A stretch of 63,897 nucleotides of DNA, counting the filler, from Sandaracinaceae bacterium (GTDB lineage Bacteria > Myxococcota_A > Polyangia > Polyangiales > JADJQN01), in NCBI GenBank assembly GCA_947483975.1. It is 6 parts of 6 records of this genome, joined end to end, with 100 filler letters (N's around TTAATTAATTAA, not from the genome) between each part and the next. Parts side by side here need not be neighbours in the genome. Positions count along the whole stretch, not along the records: positions 11,379 to 22,574 come from CANKOL010000151.1; positions 22,675 to 33,826 come from CANKOL010000152.1; 4 more parts are not named here. One strand, given 5' to 3'. A program made the translations under genes and the position numbers. Shown in pieces: positions 18,671 to 31,678 of this stretch. Position 1 is the stretch's first letter. The number at the start of each line of letters is the position of its first letter. The notes below the pieces were generated by a model that worked only from the letters and a program-made list of their open reading frames with translations, did not search any database and was not told where the DNA came from.

Positions 18671-19945
18671 CTAACGGCTCGATCGGCGGATCGCTACCGC
18701 GCGCGCATGGCCGTCGAGGCCCTCGAGGTGCGCGAGGGTCTCGAGGAGGTCCGCCTGGGCGCGGATGGCCTCGGGCGTGTACCGGATGAGCGAGGTGCGG
18801 ACGACGAAGTCGTAGACGCCGAGCGGCCCGCCGAAGCGCGCCGCGCCGCCCGTCGGCAGGACGTGGGACGGACCGGCGGCGTAGTCGCCCGCCGCCTCGG
18901 GCGTGAAGTCCCCGAGGAACGCCGCGCCCGCCGCGCCGATGTGCTCGAGGAGCGCCTCGGGCTCCCGCACCTGGAGCGAGAGGTGCTCGGCGGCGAGCAG
19001 ATCGGCGACGCGCGCCGCCTCCGTGAGGTCGTGTACGACGAACGCCTGCGCGTGCCTGCGGACGCTCGCCTCGGCGATGGCGCTGCGCGAGAGCGTGCGC
19101 AGCTGCGCTTCCACCTCACGCGCGACGGCCTCGGCCTGGGCGCGCGAGAGCGTGACGAGGAGCGCATAGGCGTCCTCGTCGTGCTCGGCTTGGGAGAGGA
19201 GGTCCGCCGCGACGACGCGCGGGTCGGCTTGGTCGTCCGCGACGACGAGGATCTCGCTCGGCCCCGCGATGCCGTCGATGTCGACGACGCCGAAGACGAG
19301 CCGCTTCGCGCACGCGACGAAGATGTTGCCGGGGCCGACGATCTTGTCGACGGAGCGCACGGTCTCGGTGCCGTACGCGAGCGCCGCGATCGCCTGCGCG
19401 CCGCCGACGTCGAGCACCTCGGTCACGCCCGAGAGCACCGCGGCGCAGCAGATCTCAGGCGTCGGGTTCGGCGTCGCGAGCACGATGCGCGGCACGCCGG
19501 CGACCTTCGCCGGGATCGCCGCCATCAGCACGCTCGATGGATAGCGCGCCTTGCCGCCCGGCGCGTAGACGCCCGCCGCCTTGCACGGCCGCACGCGCAG
19601 GCCGAGCGTCACGCCGTCCTCTTCGTAGCGGAAGCCAGGGTCCCGCTGGTGCACGTGGTAGCGCTCGACGCGCTCCGCCGCGGCCGAGAGCGCCGCGCGC
19701 ACCTCCGGCACGACCTCGAGCGCGCGCGCCCGCCACAGGCTCTCCGGCAGCACGACCTCCTGCACGGCGCGCTTGTCGAAGCGCTCCGTCAGCTCTCGCA
19801 CGGCGGCGTCCCCGCGCGTTCGCACGGCTTGGAGGATCGCGCGGACCTGCGGCTCGACCGCCTCGAGGTCCGCCTCACCGCGCCGCGAGAGCGCCCGCAG
19901 CGCCTCGTCGTACTCGCTCGTCCCGTGCTCGAAGATGGGGAACAT
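18671..19945 (-). CDS. hisD: Histidinol dehydrogenase
   Basis: YAPGGKARYPSSVLM, GGAQAIAALAYG, VDKIVGPGN, AGPSE, QAEHD, AAEHL, GDYAAGPSHVLPT. Confidence 0.96.
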   Translation of the reverse strand: MFPIFEHGTSEYDEALRALSRRGEADLEAVEPQVRAILQAVRTRGDAAVRELTERFDKRAVQEVVLPESLWRARALEVVPEVRAALSAAAERVERYHVHQRDPGFRYEEDGVTLGLRVRPCKAAGVYAPGGKARYPSSVLMAAIPAKVAGVPRIVLATPNPTPEICCAAVLSGVTEVLDVGGAQAIAALAYGTETVRSVDKIVGPGNIFVACAKRLVFGVVDIDGIAGPSEILVVADDQADPRVVAADLLSQAEHDEDAYALLVTLSRAQAEAVAREVEAQLRTLSRSAIAEASVRRHAQAFVVHDLTEAARVADLLAAEHLSLQVREPEALLEHIGAAGAAFLGDFTPEAAGDYAAGPSHVLPTGGAARFGGPLGVYDFVVRTSLIRYTPEAIRAQADLLETLAHLEGLDGHARAVAIRRSSR

Positions 19946-19971
19946 CGCGCGAAAATCTAGCACGCGCGCGC

Positions 19972-20982
19972 TCACGTCCGGCGCGCGATGAAGCCCTCGG
20001 CGACGAGCCACTCGTAGCAATTGCGCACCATCGTCTCGAGCGGCACGGCGCGATAGTCGAGCTCGCGCATCGCCTTCTCGCTGCGGACGAGCGGCGAGTG
20101 CCCGAGCGAGACGAGGCTGTCGGGCGTCAGCTCGGGCGCGCGCCCGGTGATGCGCGAGGCGAGGTCGAGCACGACGGCGACGGGCCACATCAGCCAGAGC
20201 GGCGTGCCGTGCGTGGGGACCTTCTTGCCGGTCAGCTCTCCGACGATGCGGGCGAACTCCACGTAGGTCGCGTCGGTGCCGCCGAGCAGGTAGTTCTCGC
20301 CGCTCTGGCCGCGGTCGAGCGCCGCGAGGTGGGCCTTGGCGACCTCGACGGCGCAGCAGAACGAGCCGGTCCCTGGCGGCAGCCCGGGGAGCTTCCCGGC
20401 GTCGATCGCGAGGATCATGCGGCCCCAGCTGGTGCGGTCGTATTTGCCGAGGATCTTGGTCGGGTTGAGGATCACCGCGTCGAGCCCCTTCGCGATGCCG
20501 GCGCGCGCCTCGACCTCGCCGAGGTACTTCGTCCGCTCGTAGTTGACGCTCGAGACCCCGCCGAGCAGCGTCGCCGACTCGTCGAACGGCACGGTCGGTT
20601 GCCCGCCATACGCCGAGCAGCTCGAGGTCAGCACCAGCCGACGCGCGCCCTTCTCGAGCGCCGCGTCGACGATGTTCCGCGTGCCGTCGACGTTCTCGAG
20701 CGTCTGCCGCGCGTTGCCGCCGCGCCAGAAGTTCGTGTTCCCGGCGACGTGAAAGACGCCGTCGCAGTCGGCGGGGATCGCCCGCACCAGCGACTCACGG
20801 TCGGTGATGTCGCCGACGGCGAGCGTCAGGGGGTGCGCGCCGACGAACGGCGAGAGGAACCGCAGGTCGCTCGACGCGCGATGCAGCGCCGTCACGCGGA
20901 AGCCCGCGAGCAGCAGCTGCTCGACGACGTGCAGCCCGAGGAAGCCCGTCGCGCCGGTGACGAAGGCGGTGCGTTGGTTCAT
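19972..20982 (-). CDS. NAD-dependent epimerase/dehydratase (extended SDR, HpnA/DFR-like)
   Basis: VTGATGFLG, VFHVAG, TSS, YERTK. Confidence 0.9.
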   Translation of the reverse strand: MNQRTAFVTGATGFLGLHVVEQLLLAGFRVTALHRASSDLRFLSPFVGAHPLTLAVGDITDRESLVRAIPADCDGVFHVAGNTNFWRGGNARQTLENVDGTRNIVDAALEKGARRLVLTSSCSAYGGQPTVPFDESATLLGGVSSVNYERTKYLGEVEARAGIAKGLDAVILNPTKILGKYDRTSWGRMILAIDAGKLPGLPPGTGSFCCAVEVAKAHLAALDRGQSGENYLLGGTDATYVEFARIVGELTGKKVPTHGTPLWLMWPVAVVLDLASRITGRAPELTPDSLVSLGHSPLVRSEKAMRELDYRAVPLETMVRNCYEWLVAEGFIARRT

Positions 20983-21015
20983 GCGCGGGGGAGTATAGCC
21001 CCCAAAATCGCAGCC

Positions 21016-21118
21016 AAACTCAACCTTGGTCGGGTCCCGAGCTCAACCTTGGTCGGGTTCCGAGCTCAACCTTGGTCGGGTCCCGGTCGGGTCCCGAGCT
21101 CAACCTTGGTCGGGTCCC
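21016..21118. repeat. Intergenic tandem repeat: 23-bp unit GAGCTCAACCTTGGTCGGGTCCC, four copies plus one 11-bp partial
   Basis: Units at 21016, 21039, 21062 and 21096; partial GGTCGGGTCCC at 21085. Confidence 0.95.
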
Positions 21119-21178
21119 GCACCCAATTGGGCGACGCAGGGGCTTGTCAGGGAGCGTCCCAGGACTAGGGTCGCGCCC

Positions 21179-22574
21179 ATGAAACTGCCACTTCTCTCCG
21201 CCGCGCTCATCGCGGCGCTCCTCGCCTGGGCACCGGCGCACGCCGACGCGCAGGAGCCGTTCATCTGGGTGCGAGGTGAGGCCGGCGCGAGCCTCGGCCT
21301 CAACGGCCCCCCCAGCGACGCCGGCGTCGGCGGTCACATCGCCGGCGAGGCCATGGTCTACGTCGTGCACCCGCTCGCCATCGCCGTCCGCGCAGGCGGC
21401 TCGTATTTCTCGCCGTTCCAGGCGAAGCCCGACGCCCTCCACGCGTCGTGGAGCGGCGGTCTCGTCCTCCGCCTCGACCGTTTCTGGCTCGGCGGCTTCG
21501 CGGGTATGCACGAGTCGCTCGGCGAGAACGTCTTCGGCGTCGACGCGGAGCTCGGCTACGACCTCCCGTTCTGCGCGAACGCGGGCTGGGGCCCGTTCGT
21601 CGGCTACTCGATGGCGATGCTCGACACGCCGCTCCACTTCATCCAGGCGGGCCTGAGCATGAGCCTCGGCCTCCCCTGGCAGAGCGCCGCGGGCGACGAT
21701 CCCGACCACGACGGCATCCTCGGCGCGGCCGACGCGTGCCCGACCGACCCCGAAGACCTCGACGGCAACGCCGACCAGGACGGCTGCCCGGAGGCCGACG
21801 ACCGTGACGGCGACGGCATCCTCGACGCCGCCGACCAGTGTCCGACCGACGCCGAAGACCCGGACGGCTTCCAAGACACCGACGGCTGCCCGGACGCCGA
21901 CAACGACGCCGACCACGTCCTCGACGCGGCGGACGGGGCTCCGAACGACGCCGAAGACGCCGATGGCTTCCAGGACGCGGACGGCGTGCCCGACCCGGAC
22001 AACGACCTCGACCTCGTGCTCGACGCCGCCGACGGCGCCCCCTTGGTCCCCGAGGACCGCGACGGCTTCCAGGACACCGACGGCGTGCCTGACCCGGACA
22101 ACGACCAGGACACGGTCCTCGACGGCGATGACCAGTGCCCGACCGCGCCCGGCACGCCGGCGGCGCATGGCTGCCCGCAGGCGGTCCGCGTCGAGGCAGG
22201 CCGTATCACGATCCTGCAGCGCATCGAGTTCGCCACGGGCCGCGCCACGCTGCTCCCGTCGGCGGCCGCCATCCTCGAGGAGATCCGCGCGGCGCTCGCC
22301 GTGAACCCGCAGATCCGCCACGTGCGCGTCGAAGGCCACACGGACGACCGCGGGCGCGCGCCGCACAACCTCGAGCTCTCGCAGGCTCGCGCGGAGACCG
22401 TCGTGAAGTGGCTCAGCGACCACCAGATCGCGGCCGACCGCCTCGAGGCGCTGGGCCTCGGACAGACGCGCCCGCTCGCGCCGAACACGACCAACGCCAA
22501 CCGCCAGACGAACCGGCGCGTCGAGTTCATCATCACCGACCCGGCGCCCGCGCCCGCGCCCGCGCCCGCGGACA
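21179..22574 (+). CDS. OmpA-family protein: N-terminal small beta-barrel, TSP3-like Ca-binding repeats, OmpA C-terminal domain; 3' end cut
   Basis: Signal peptide AHA-DA; DxDxDGxxD..CP repeats; IEFATG, VRVEGHTDDRG, NLELSQARA, NRRVEF. Confidence 0.92.
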
Positions 22575-22674
22575 NNNNNNNNNNNNNNNNNNNNNNNNNN
22601 NNNNNNNNNNNNNNNNNNTTAATTAATTAANNNNNNNNNNNNNNNNNNNNNNNNNNNNNNNNNNNNNNNNNNNN
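22575..22674. other. Artificial contig spacer
   Basis: N run with TTAATTAATTAA. Confidence 0.99.
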
Positions 22675-22946
22675 GGCACCGCAACCGGCAGCCCCGCGCC
22701 CGGGATTTGCCCCACGGCTCCCTGCCCGCCCGGCTTCGCGATCGGGCTACCCGGCCCGCCGAGCGCACCGGAGGGCAGCGCCCCCGGCAGCCCACTCAAC
22801 GGAGGCGGCGGCGGCGGCGAGGACCCTCCGAACGGCGTGCAGCAGCCGGCGACCCAGAGCGCCGCGATCATCGCGTGCGGCTGCACGGAACGGGAAACGG
22901 AGCGTCGAGTTCCCCCTGGGAGGCTCGAGAAAGACGTCGAGTTCAT
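22675..22946 (-). CDS. Possible lipoprotein N-terminus, truncated
   Basis: IAALWVAGCC followed by a Pro/Gly-rich linker; start uncertain. Confidence 0.35.
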
Positions 22947-23209
22947 GCGCCGAGGCTGCTGGAGGCTCGCCTGGAAGTCAAAAACCGCCTTCATCGCGGC
23001 GCCGCGCGCCCCCCCGACCCGTCGCGCGCGTGGGCTGTGACGCACCGCGCAAGCCCCCTCTCGACAATTCCGGGCTCCGCTGCTAGAAGGGCGCACCTCC
23101 GACGGCGCCGGAGCCTCTTTGCGCGCGCGATCCGCCCGAGAATTCGCGGTGAATCGCGGGACAAAAGGCTACGGGACGTCCTCTCTGAGACCACTCCTGG
23201 AGACCTCTC

Positions 23210-25819
<2,610 letters not shown>

Positions 25820-25866
25820 GCTGAGCGGTCTCGCCACACGCCTCGGAGGATGACTCCGCGGTGACT

Positions 25867-25906
25867 GAACGCCTCGGAGGGAGCCCTCCGGGGCGTTTCG
25901 CTTTTT
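25867..25906 (+). terminator. Rho-independent terminator after hppA
   Basis: GAACGCCTCGGAGGG/CCCTCCGGGGCGTTTC stem followed by GCTTTTT. Confidence 0.7.
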
Positions 25907-25957
25907 GGCATTGCCGGGCGCTGGATCGACCGCGGCTCTTCGATCACAATCGCGCCC

Positions 25958-27445
25958 GTGGCCACCTCCCTCAGCGTTCTCGTCCCCGTCTACAACGAGC
26001 AATATCTGGTCGCGGAGTCGCTCGGTCGGCTGCGCGTGCTCGAGTCGAGCCCGCACCTGTCGCGCCTTCAGGTCATCGTCGTCGACGACTGCTCGAAGGA
26101 CGGGACCGCCGAGTCGCTCGCGCGCTTTCAGGACGAGGAGCGGCGCCGCATCTCGGACGCGAAGGTGCGCATCGAGTGGGTGTTCCTCCGGCACGAGAAG
26201 AACGGCGGCAAGGGCAAGGCGATCCAGACGGCGCTCGTGCGCGCCGACTGCGAGATCACGGTCATTCACGACGCCGACCTCGAGTATCACCCCTCGGACC
26301 TGCTGCACGTCGTGCAGGTCTTCGTCGATGAGCACGCGGACGCCGTCTTCGGCTCGCGCTTCGCCGGCTCAGCGTCGCGGCGAGTGCTCGACTTCCGACA
26401 CGAGCTCGGCAATCGGCTGCTGACGACGCTGACGAACCTCGTCACCAACCTGAACCTCACCGACATGGAGACTTGCTACAAGGCCGTGCGCACGACCTTG
26501 CTCAAGTCGATCCCGATCGACTCGAACGACTTCCGCCTCGAGCCGGAGCTGACGATCAAGCTCGCCAAGCGGGGCGCGCGCGTGTTCGAGGTGCCGATTC
26601 GCTACTCGGGGCGGACGTACCAAGAGGGCAAGAAGATCAACTGGCGCGACGGCTTCAAGGCGCTGGCGGCCATCTCGAAGTACGCCGTGTCGGACGAGGT
26701 CTACACGGGGGATGAGTACGGCTCCGCGATGCTCTCGCGGCTGTCGCGCGCGACGCGCTTCAACACCTGGATGGCGGACACGATCCGCGCGTATTGCGGG
26801 GAGCGCGTCCTCGAGATCGGCGCGGGCGTCGGCAACCTGACGATGGCGCTGATCCCGCGCACCGAGTACGTCGCGAGCGACATCAACCCGCTCTACCTCG
26901 AGACGCTCGACGCGATGCGCGCGGGGCGCCCGTACCTGTCGACGACGTTCTGCGATGTGACGGATCCGAAGTCGTTCCCGAAGAGCGAGGGGAGCTTCGA
27001 CACGGTCGTCTGCCTCAACGTGATCGAGCACGTCGCGGACGACGTCGGCGCGCTCCGCAACATCGGCAAGGCGCTCGGCGACGGCGGGCGCGCGATCATC
27101 CTCGTGCCGCAGGGGCAGTGGAACTTCGGCACGCTCGACGAGGTGCTCGGGCACGTGAAGCGCTACACGCGCGAGACGCTCGGCAAGCTCGCGGACGACG
27201 GCGGCTTCGAGGTCGACGAGATGATCGAGTTCAACCGCGTCGGCACCGCGGCGTGGTTCCTCAACGGCAAGGTGCTCAAGCGCCGGCACTTCGGGCTCTT
27301 CCAGGTGCTGACGCTCAACGCGATCACGCCGGTGATGCGCGCGGCGGACCCGTGGTTCCCGCTGCCGCCGCTGTCGCTGATCGCGGTGCTGCGCAAGCCC
27401 GCGCGCGCCGTCGAGCGCGCCGGCGCCGCGCACGCACGCGCGTGA
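25958..27445 (+). CDS. Bifunctional GT2 (DPM1-like) glycosyltransferase / class I SAM methyltransferase
   Basis: LSVLVPVYNE, VVDDCSKDGT, GKGKA, HDADLEY, DMETCYK; C-terminal VLEIGAGVG and VCLNVIEH. Confidence 0.92.
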   Translation: MATSLSVLVPVYNEQYLVAESLGRLRVLESSPHLSRLQVIVVDDCSKDGTAESLARFQDEERRRISDAKVRIEWVFLRHEKNGGKGKAIQTALVRADCEITVIHDADLEYHPSDLLHVVQVFVDEHADAVFGSRFAGSASRRVLDFRHELGNRLLTTLTNLVTNLNLTDMETCYKAVRTTLLKSIPIDSNDFRLEPELTIKLAKRGARVFEVPIRYSGRTYQEGKKINWRDGFKALAAISKYAVSDEVYTGDEYGSAMLSRLSRATRFNTWMADTIRAYCGERVLEIGAGVGNLTMALIPRTEYVASDINPLYLETLDAMRAGRPYLSTTFCDVTDPKSFPKSEGSFDTVVCLNVIEHVADDVGALRNIGKALGDGGRAIILVPQGQWNFGTLDEVLGHVKRYTRETLGKLADDGGFEVDEMIEFNRVGTAAWFLNGKVLKRRHFGLFQVLTLNAITPVMRAADPWFPLPPLSLIAVLRKPARAVERAGAAHARA

Positions 27446-29196
27446 ACCGTCGGAGCCTCGCGCTCTCCGTCGCCTGCGGGGCGGTGCTGTCGCTGGCGTA
27501 CTGGTTCCCGGCGCTGCGCGTGCTCGACGCGACGGGCCTCGGGGACTGGCAGATGGTCCACCACAACTGGGAGGTGGGCTGGGTCGCGCTCACGCGCTTC
27601 GGCGAGTGGCCGCTCTGGGACCCGTATCACTGCGGCGGCGTGACGATGCTCGGCAACCCCGAGTCGCAGCACTTCACGCCGTGGTTCCTCGCGTCGCTGC
27701 TCGTCGGCACGACGCTCGGCACCAAGCTGATGTTGCTCGGGCACACGGTCGTCGGCTTCGTCGGGATGCTCGCGTACGCGCGCAGCGCCGTGCGCCTCTC
27801 GTGGCCGGCGGCTGCCCTCGCCGCGGTCGCGTGGACGTTCTCGGGCTTCTTCGCGTGGCATGGCGCGGGCGGGCACGGGACGTTCCTCGCGTTCGACTAT
27901 CTGCCGCTCCTCTTGCTCGGCTGGCGGCGCGCGCTCGTCGACGTGCGCGCGGCCGTCGGTGTCGCCGGCCTTCTCGCGCTGACGGTCGCCGAGGGCGGGA
28001 CGTATCCGCTGCCGTACATGGGGCTCGCGCTCGGGCTGGAGGCGCTGTGGCTGCTGCGCGCGCGGGAGACGCGGCGCGCGTCGGTGGTCGCGGCGACGGT
28101 CGTCGGCGTGCTCTTCCCGCTGCTGGCGGCGCTCCGCGTCTTGCCGATCCTCGACGCGCTCCGACGCTACCCGCGCGAGATGCTCTCGATCGACCGCATG
28201 ACCGTCGGGGACCTGCTGGTCGTGCTCACCGAGCGCAAGCACGACTGGCGCTGGCCGGGGCACGAGTTCGTGTGGCCCGAGTACAGCGCGTTCGTCGGCT
28301 GGACGGTCGTCGCGCTCGCGGGGCTGTCGCTGCTGCTCGCCCTGCCGCGCTCTGCCCCGGGGCGCACGCGCGCGCGGCGTGAGGCGACGGCGGCCGCTGC
28401 CCTCGGCGCGCTCGTCTTCTTCGGGTTCGTGCTCGGCAACGGGCCGCTGCGCCCTTGGCCGCTGCTGCACGCCCTGCCTGTCTTCGACTCGCTGCGCGTG
28501 CCGTCGCGCTTCCTCGGCGTCGCGACGTTCTACCTGACGCTCCTCGCCGCGCTCGCGCTCGACCGGCTCGCGACGGCGGGCGTGCCGCGCAGCTGGCGGC
28601 GTCGCGCGCTCGTCGCGCTCGCGTGGCTCGTCGTGCTCGGCGCGGGCCTCGACCTCGCCATGGCGACGCGCTCGATCGTCGACCGCTGGACGGATCGCCC
28701 CATCGGCGCCGAGGTCGCGGAGCGCGACTTTCACCTGATCTCGGTGGCGAATTACGACGCCGAGTACGCGCACCTGCCGCGCAGGAACGCCGGCACCAAG
28801 AGCTGCTTCGAGTTCGGGATGCACTGGAAGGTCGCGCCAGGGCTCTGGGTCGGCGACGTGCCGCAGGTCCGCGTGCCCGCGCCCGCGCGCGTGCTCGAGA
28901 GTCACCGCACGCCGTCGCACCTCGTCGCGGACCTCGACCTGCCGCGGCCGACGCGCGTGCTCTGGAACTCGAACTTCGATCCCGGCTGGCAGCCGAGCCG
29001 CGGGACGCTCGTGGAGGACGCGGGGCGGCTCGCCGTCGACGCGCCCGCGGGACGCTATCGGCTCGAGGTGGTGTTCCGCCCGGCGCTGCTCGCCCCGTCG
29101 CTCGCGCTCTCCGGGCTCGGCGCCCTGCTCTCGCTCGCGCTCGTGCTCTCCCGCAGGCTGCGGCGCGCGCTCCGGCTCGAGCGCTCGATGCCGTAA
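27442..29196 (+). CDS. Polytopic membrane protein, YfhO-like GT-C
   Basis: GTGA overlap with the GT2 stop; WPLWDPYHCGG..LGNPE, LRVPSRF, NFDPGW; many TM segments. Confidence 0.75.
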   Translation: MNRRSLALSVACGAVLSLAYWFPALRVLDATGLGDWQMVHHNWEVGWVALTRFGEWPLWDPYHCGGVTMLGNPESQHFTPWFLASLLVGTTLGTKLMLLGHTVVGFVGMLAYARSAVRLSWPAAALAAVAWTFSGFFAWHGAGGHGTFLAFDYLPLLLLGWRRALVDVRAAVGVAGLLALTVAEGGTYPLPYMGLALGLEALWLLRARETRRASVVAATVVGVLFPLLAALRVLPILDALRRYPREMLSIDRMTVGDLLVVLTERKHDWRWPGHEFVWPEYSAFVGWTVVALAGLSLLLALPRSAPGRTRARREATAAAALGALVFFGFVLGNGPLRPWPLLHALPVFDSLRVPSRFLGVATFYLTLLAALALDRLATAGVPRSWRRRALVALAWLVVLGAGLDLAMATRSIVDRWTDRPIGAEVAERDFHLISVANYDAEYAHLPRRNAGTKSCFEFGMHWKVAPGLWVGDVPQVRVPAPARVLESHRTPSHLVADLDLPRPTRVLWNSNFDPGWQPSRGTLVEDAGRLAVDAPAGRYRLEVVFRPALLAPSLALSGLGALLSLALVLSRRLRRALRLERSMP

Positions 29197-29234
29197 TAGG
29201 CCCAAGCCGAGCGGAACTGTTACCGTCCCGGAGC

Positions 29235-31136
29235 GTGGGCATCCTCGTCTGCAGCTTGCTGAGCGCGCTTTGCCTCGCGGCCTCGTACTGGGTCGCGGCG
29301 GCGACGCATCGCGATCGCAGCACCTCCTATCGCCTGCTCGTCGCGGGCGTCGTCTCGTTCTCGGTGCTCTTGGGCGTGATGCAGGGGCTCGGCTACGCGG
29401 GGCTGCTCACGCGCGTCGCGCTCGGCGTGGCCGTCGTGCTCATCTACGCGAACCTCGCCTTGGTCGCCTCGATGAGGCTGCCGTGGCGCGGGCTCCGAGA
29501 GGTCCTCCGCGAGGACCGCGCGGCCGTCGCGCGCCTGTTCCGCGAGGCCGCCCGGAGCCGCGAGCCGCTGCTCTTGCTGGTGCCCGCCGGGCTGTTGCTC
29601 CTCGGGGAGCAGGTGCTCCGCGTGTGGGCGCTGCGGAGCTGGGCGTGGGACGCCATCTGGTACCACCACCCGATGGCGAGCTTCGCCATCCAGGACGCGA
29701 CGCTGATCCTCCGCGACGCGCAGGTCGCGCATCACATCGAGGGCTACCCGAACGGCGTCGAGCTGCTCGGCGTCTGGCTCTGCATCTTCTCGCGCAGCGA
29801 TGTGCTCGAGGACGCGATGCAGCTGCCCTTCGTGCCCGTCGGGGTGCTGCTCGTCTACGTGTGGTCGCGGCGCGTCGGCGCCACGCGCGCGGCGTCCCTC
29901 GGGCTCGCGTCGGGCTGGCTGCTGCTGCCGCCCGTCTTTCTCCTGCTCGCGACCGGCTACAACGACGTCGCCTGCGCGGTGCTCTTCGCGACGGGCGTGT
30001 TCTTCCTCTCCGACGAGCTCACGGCGCGCGCCCGCTCGCTCGCGTGCCTCGCGCTCTCGCTCTACCTCGCGTCGAAGCTCTCGGCGGTCTTTCACCTCGC
30101 GCTGCTCACGCCGTTCTTCGCGCTCGCCTACGGCGCGGGGCTCTGGCAGGACCGGCAGCGCTTCTTCCGCGTGCTCGGCGGCATGGCGCTCAGCCTGCTG
30201 CCCTTCGCGCTGCTCGGGCTGCCGAACTACCTCGACAACTGGCTCGCGCACCAGAACCCGATGTGGCCGATCCAGGTGACGGTGCCGCTGACCCATCAGG
30301 TGCTCGCGGGCCCCGAGAACCTCGACCTCGCCTACCCGCTCCACCGCGCGTTCTTCGAGGGCGAGCACGCGTTCCTGAAGACGCTCGAGAGCTGGTGGAA
30401 GCCCGCGACGTTCTTCCGCCCCGACACGAACGAGGGCGGCTGGGGCCCGGCGGGGCGCTGGCTGCTCGTGCCGATGGTGCTCGTGCCGCTCGTCGATCTG
30501 CTGCGCGGGCGGCGCGTGCGCGAGACGCTCGCCATCGTCGCCCTCGCCGTCATCGCCGTGTGCGGACCGCAGACGGATGTGCCGCGCTTCGCGATGGGGC
30601 TCGTCTTCGCGATGTTCGCGGCGACGGCGCTGTTCCTCGCGACGACGCGCAAGCGCGTGGCGCTCGTCGCCTCGCTCGCGCTCGTCGGGCTGCTCGCGCA
30701 GGGCTATCGCGAGGTCGCGGGGCACGCGATCCAGCCCGAGTGGTCGCGCGTGGTGTCGCTGCTGACGGCGAGCGAGCTCGAGCGCGCGACGACGCCGCTC
30801 GTCGACTACGAGTGGCCCGCGGAGATCGCCCGCGCGAAGGAGGCGCTGCCGGCGGGGAGCGTCGTCCTCTACGACGAGGGCGTGTTCTTCCCGCAGGAGG
30901 TCTTCACGCACGACTACCACACGGTCGTGCGGTACGTGCCGAGCGGCGGCGACGCGGAGGCGTTCCTCGCCGAGGTGCGCTCGCTCGGCGCCCGCTGGGT
31001 CCTGGTGCGCCCCCGCGCGGCCATCGAGCGCGGGCTCCGCGACCTCGGCGGACGGCTCGTCTTCACGCCGAGCGGCACCGTGCACATCTACGAGCTCCCC
31101 GCGCACCTACCCGCGCGGGCGCCCGCGCGCCCGTGA
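29235..31136 (+). CDS. Polytopic membrane protein, putative GT-C glycosyltransferase
   Basis: WDAIWYHHP, YPNGVEL, YNDV, NWLAHQNPMWP; multiple TMs; start codon approximate. Confidence 0.7.
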   Translation: MGILVCSLLSALCLAASYWVAAATHRDRSTSYRLLVAGVVSFSVLLGVMQGLGYAGLLTRVALGVAVVLIYANLALVASMRLPWRGLREVLREDRAAVARLFREAARSREPLLLLVPAGLLLLGEQVLRVWALRSWAWDAIWYHHPMASFAIQDATLILRDAQVAHHIEGYPNGVELLGVWLCIFSRSDVLEDAMQLPFVPVGVLLVYVWSRRVGATRAASLGLASGWLLLPPVFLLLATGYNDVACAVLFATGVFFLSDELTARARSLACLALSLYLASKLSAVFHLALLTPFFALAYGAGLWQDRQRFFRVLGGMALSLLPFALLGLPNYLDNWLAHQNPMWPIQVTVPLTHQVLAGPENLDLAYPLHRAFFEGEHAFLKTLESWWKPATFFRPDTNEGGWGPAGRWLLVPMVLVPLVDLLRGRRVRETLAIVALAVIAVCGPQTDVPRFAMGLVFAMFAATALFLATTRKRVALVASLALVGLLAQGYREVAGHAIQPEWSRVVSLLTASELERATTPLVDYEWPAEIARAKEALPAGSVVLYDEGVFFPQEVFTHDYHTVVRYVPSGGDAEAFLAEVRSLGARWVLVRPRAAIERGLRDLGGRLVFTPSGTVHIYELPAHLPARAPARP

Positions 31137-31252
31137 TACCCATCGCGCGCGGGTGGCCTGAAGAGCACGCGTAGGGGCGGCCCGTGGCCGATGCCCCGCT
31201 TCGGTCGGACATCGTCGAATGTGCCGCGCGCCCGCGGTATGCTCGGCCCGAT

Positions 31253-31678
31253 ATGCCTCCGGAAGAGCTCCCGCTCGATTCGCTCCTCGCCGTGCTGCGT
31301 GCGGGTCCGCCCCTGCGGCTCGCGATGCTGTTCGGCTCGGCGGCGCGCGGAGAGCTGCGCGCGGACAGCGACCTCGATCTCGCCATCCTGCCCCAAGACT
31401 CCCGCCTCTCACTCGGCGCCGAGCTCGGGCTCCAGACCGCGCTGGCGCGTGCGGTGGGCCGCAACGTCGACCTCGTACGCCTCGACCTCGCGCCGACGCT
31501 CGTGCGCTGGCAGATCGCTCGGCACGGACGCCCGCTGCTGGAGGCGGGGCCGTTCGAGGCGGCCCGCTTCGTCGCGGACGCGGTAGGCGAGTACCTCGAC
31601 TTCGCACCCGCGTTCGACCGCGCGGGCGAGCTGTTTCGCGCGCGGCTCGCCCTCGATGCGCGAGGCGCAGCGCGATGA
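31253..31678 (+). CDS. MNT nucleotidyltransferase antitoxin (MntA-like)
   Basis: LFGSAARGELRADSDLDLA (GSX10DXD), VDLVRL. Confidence 0.9.
   Translation: MPPEELPLDSLLAVLRAGPPLRLAMLFGSAARGELRADSDLDLAILPQDSRLSLGAELGLQTALARAVGRNVDLVRLDLAPTLVRWQIARHGRPLLEAGPFEAARFVADAVGEYLDFAPAFDRAGELFRARLALDARGAAR

Noticed and set aside
21016..21118. CRISPR array
   Set aside because: The units are head-to-tail with no unique spacers, and no cas genes are present.
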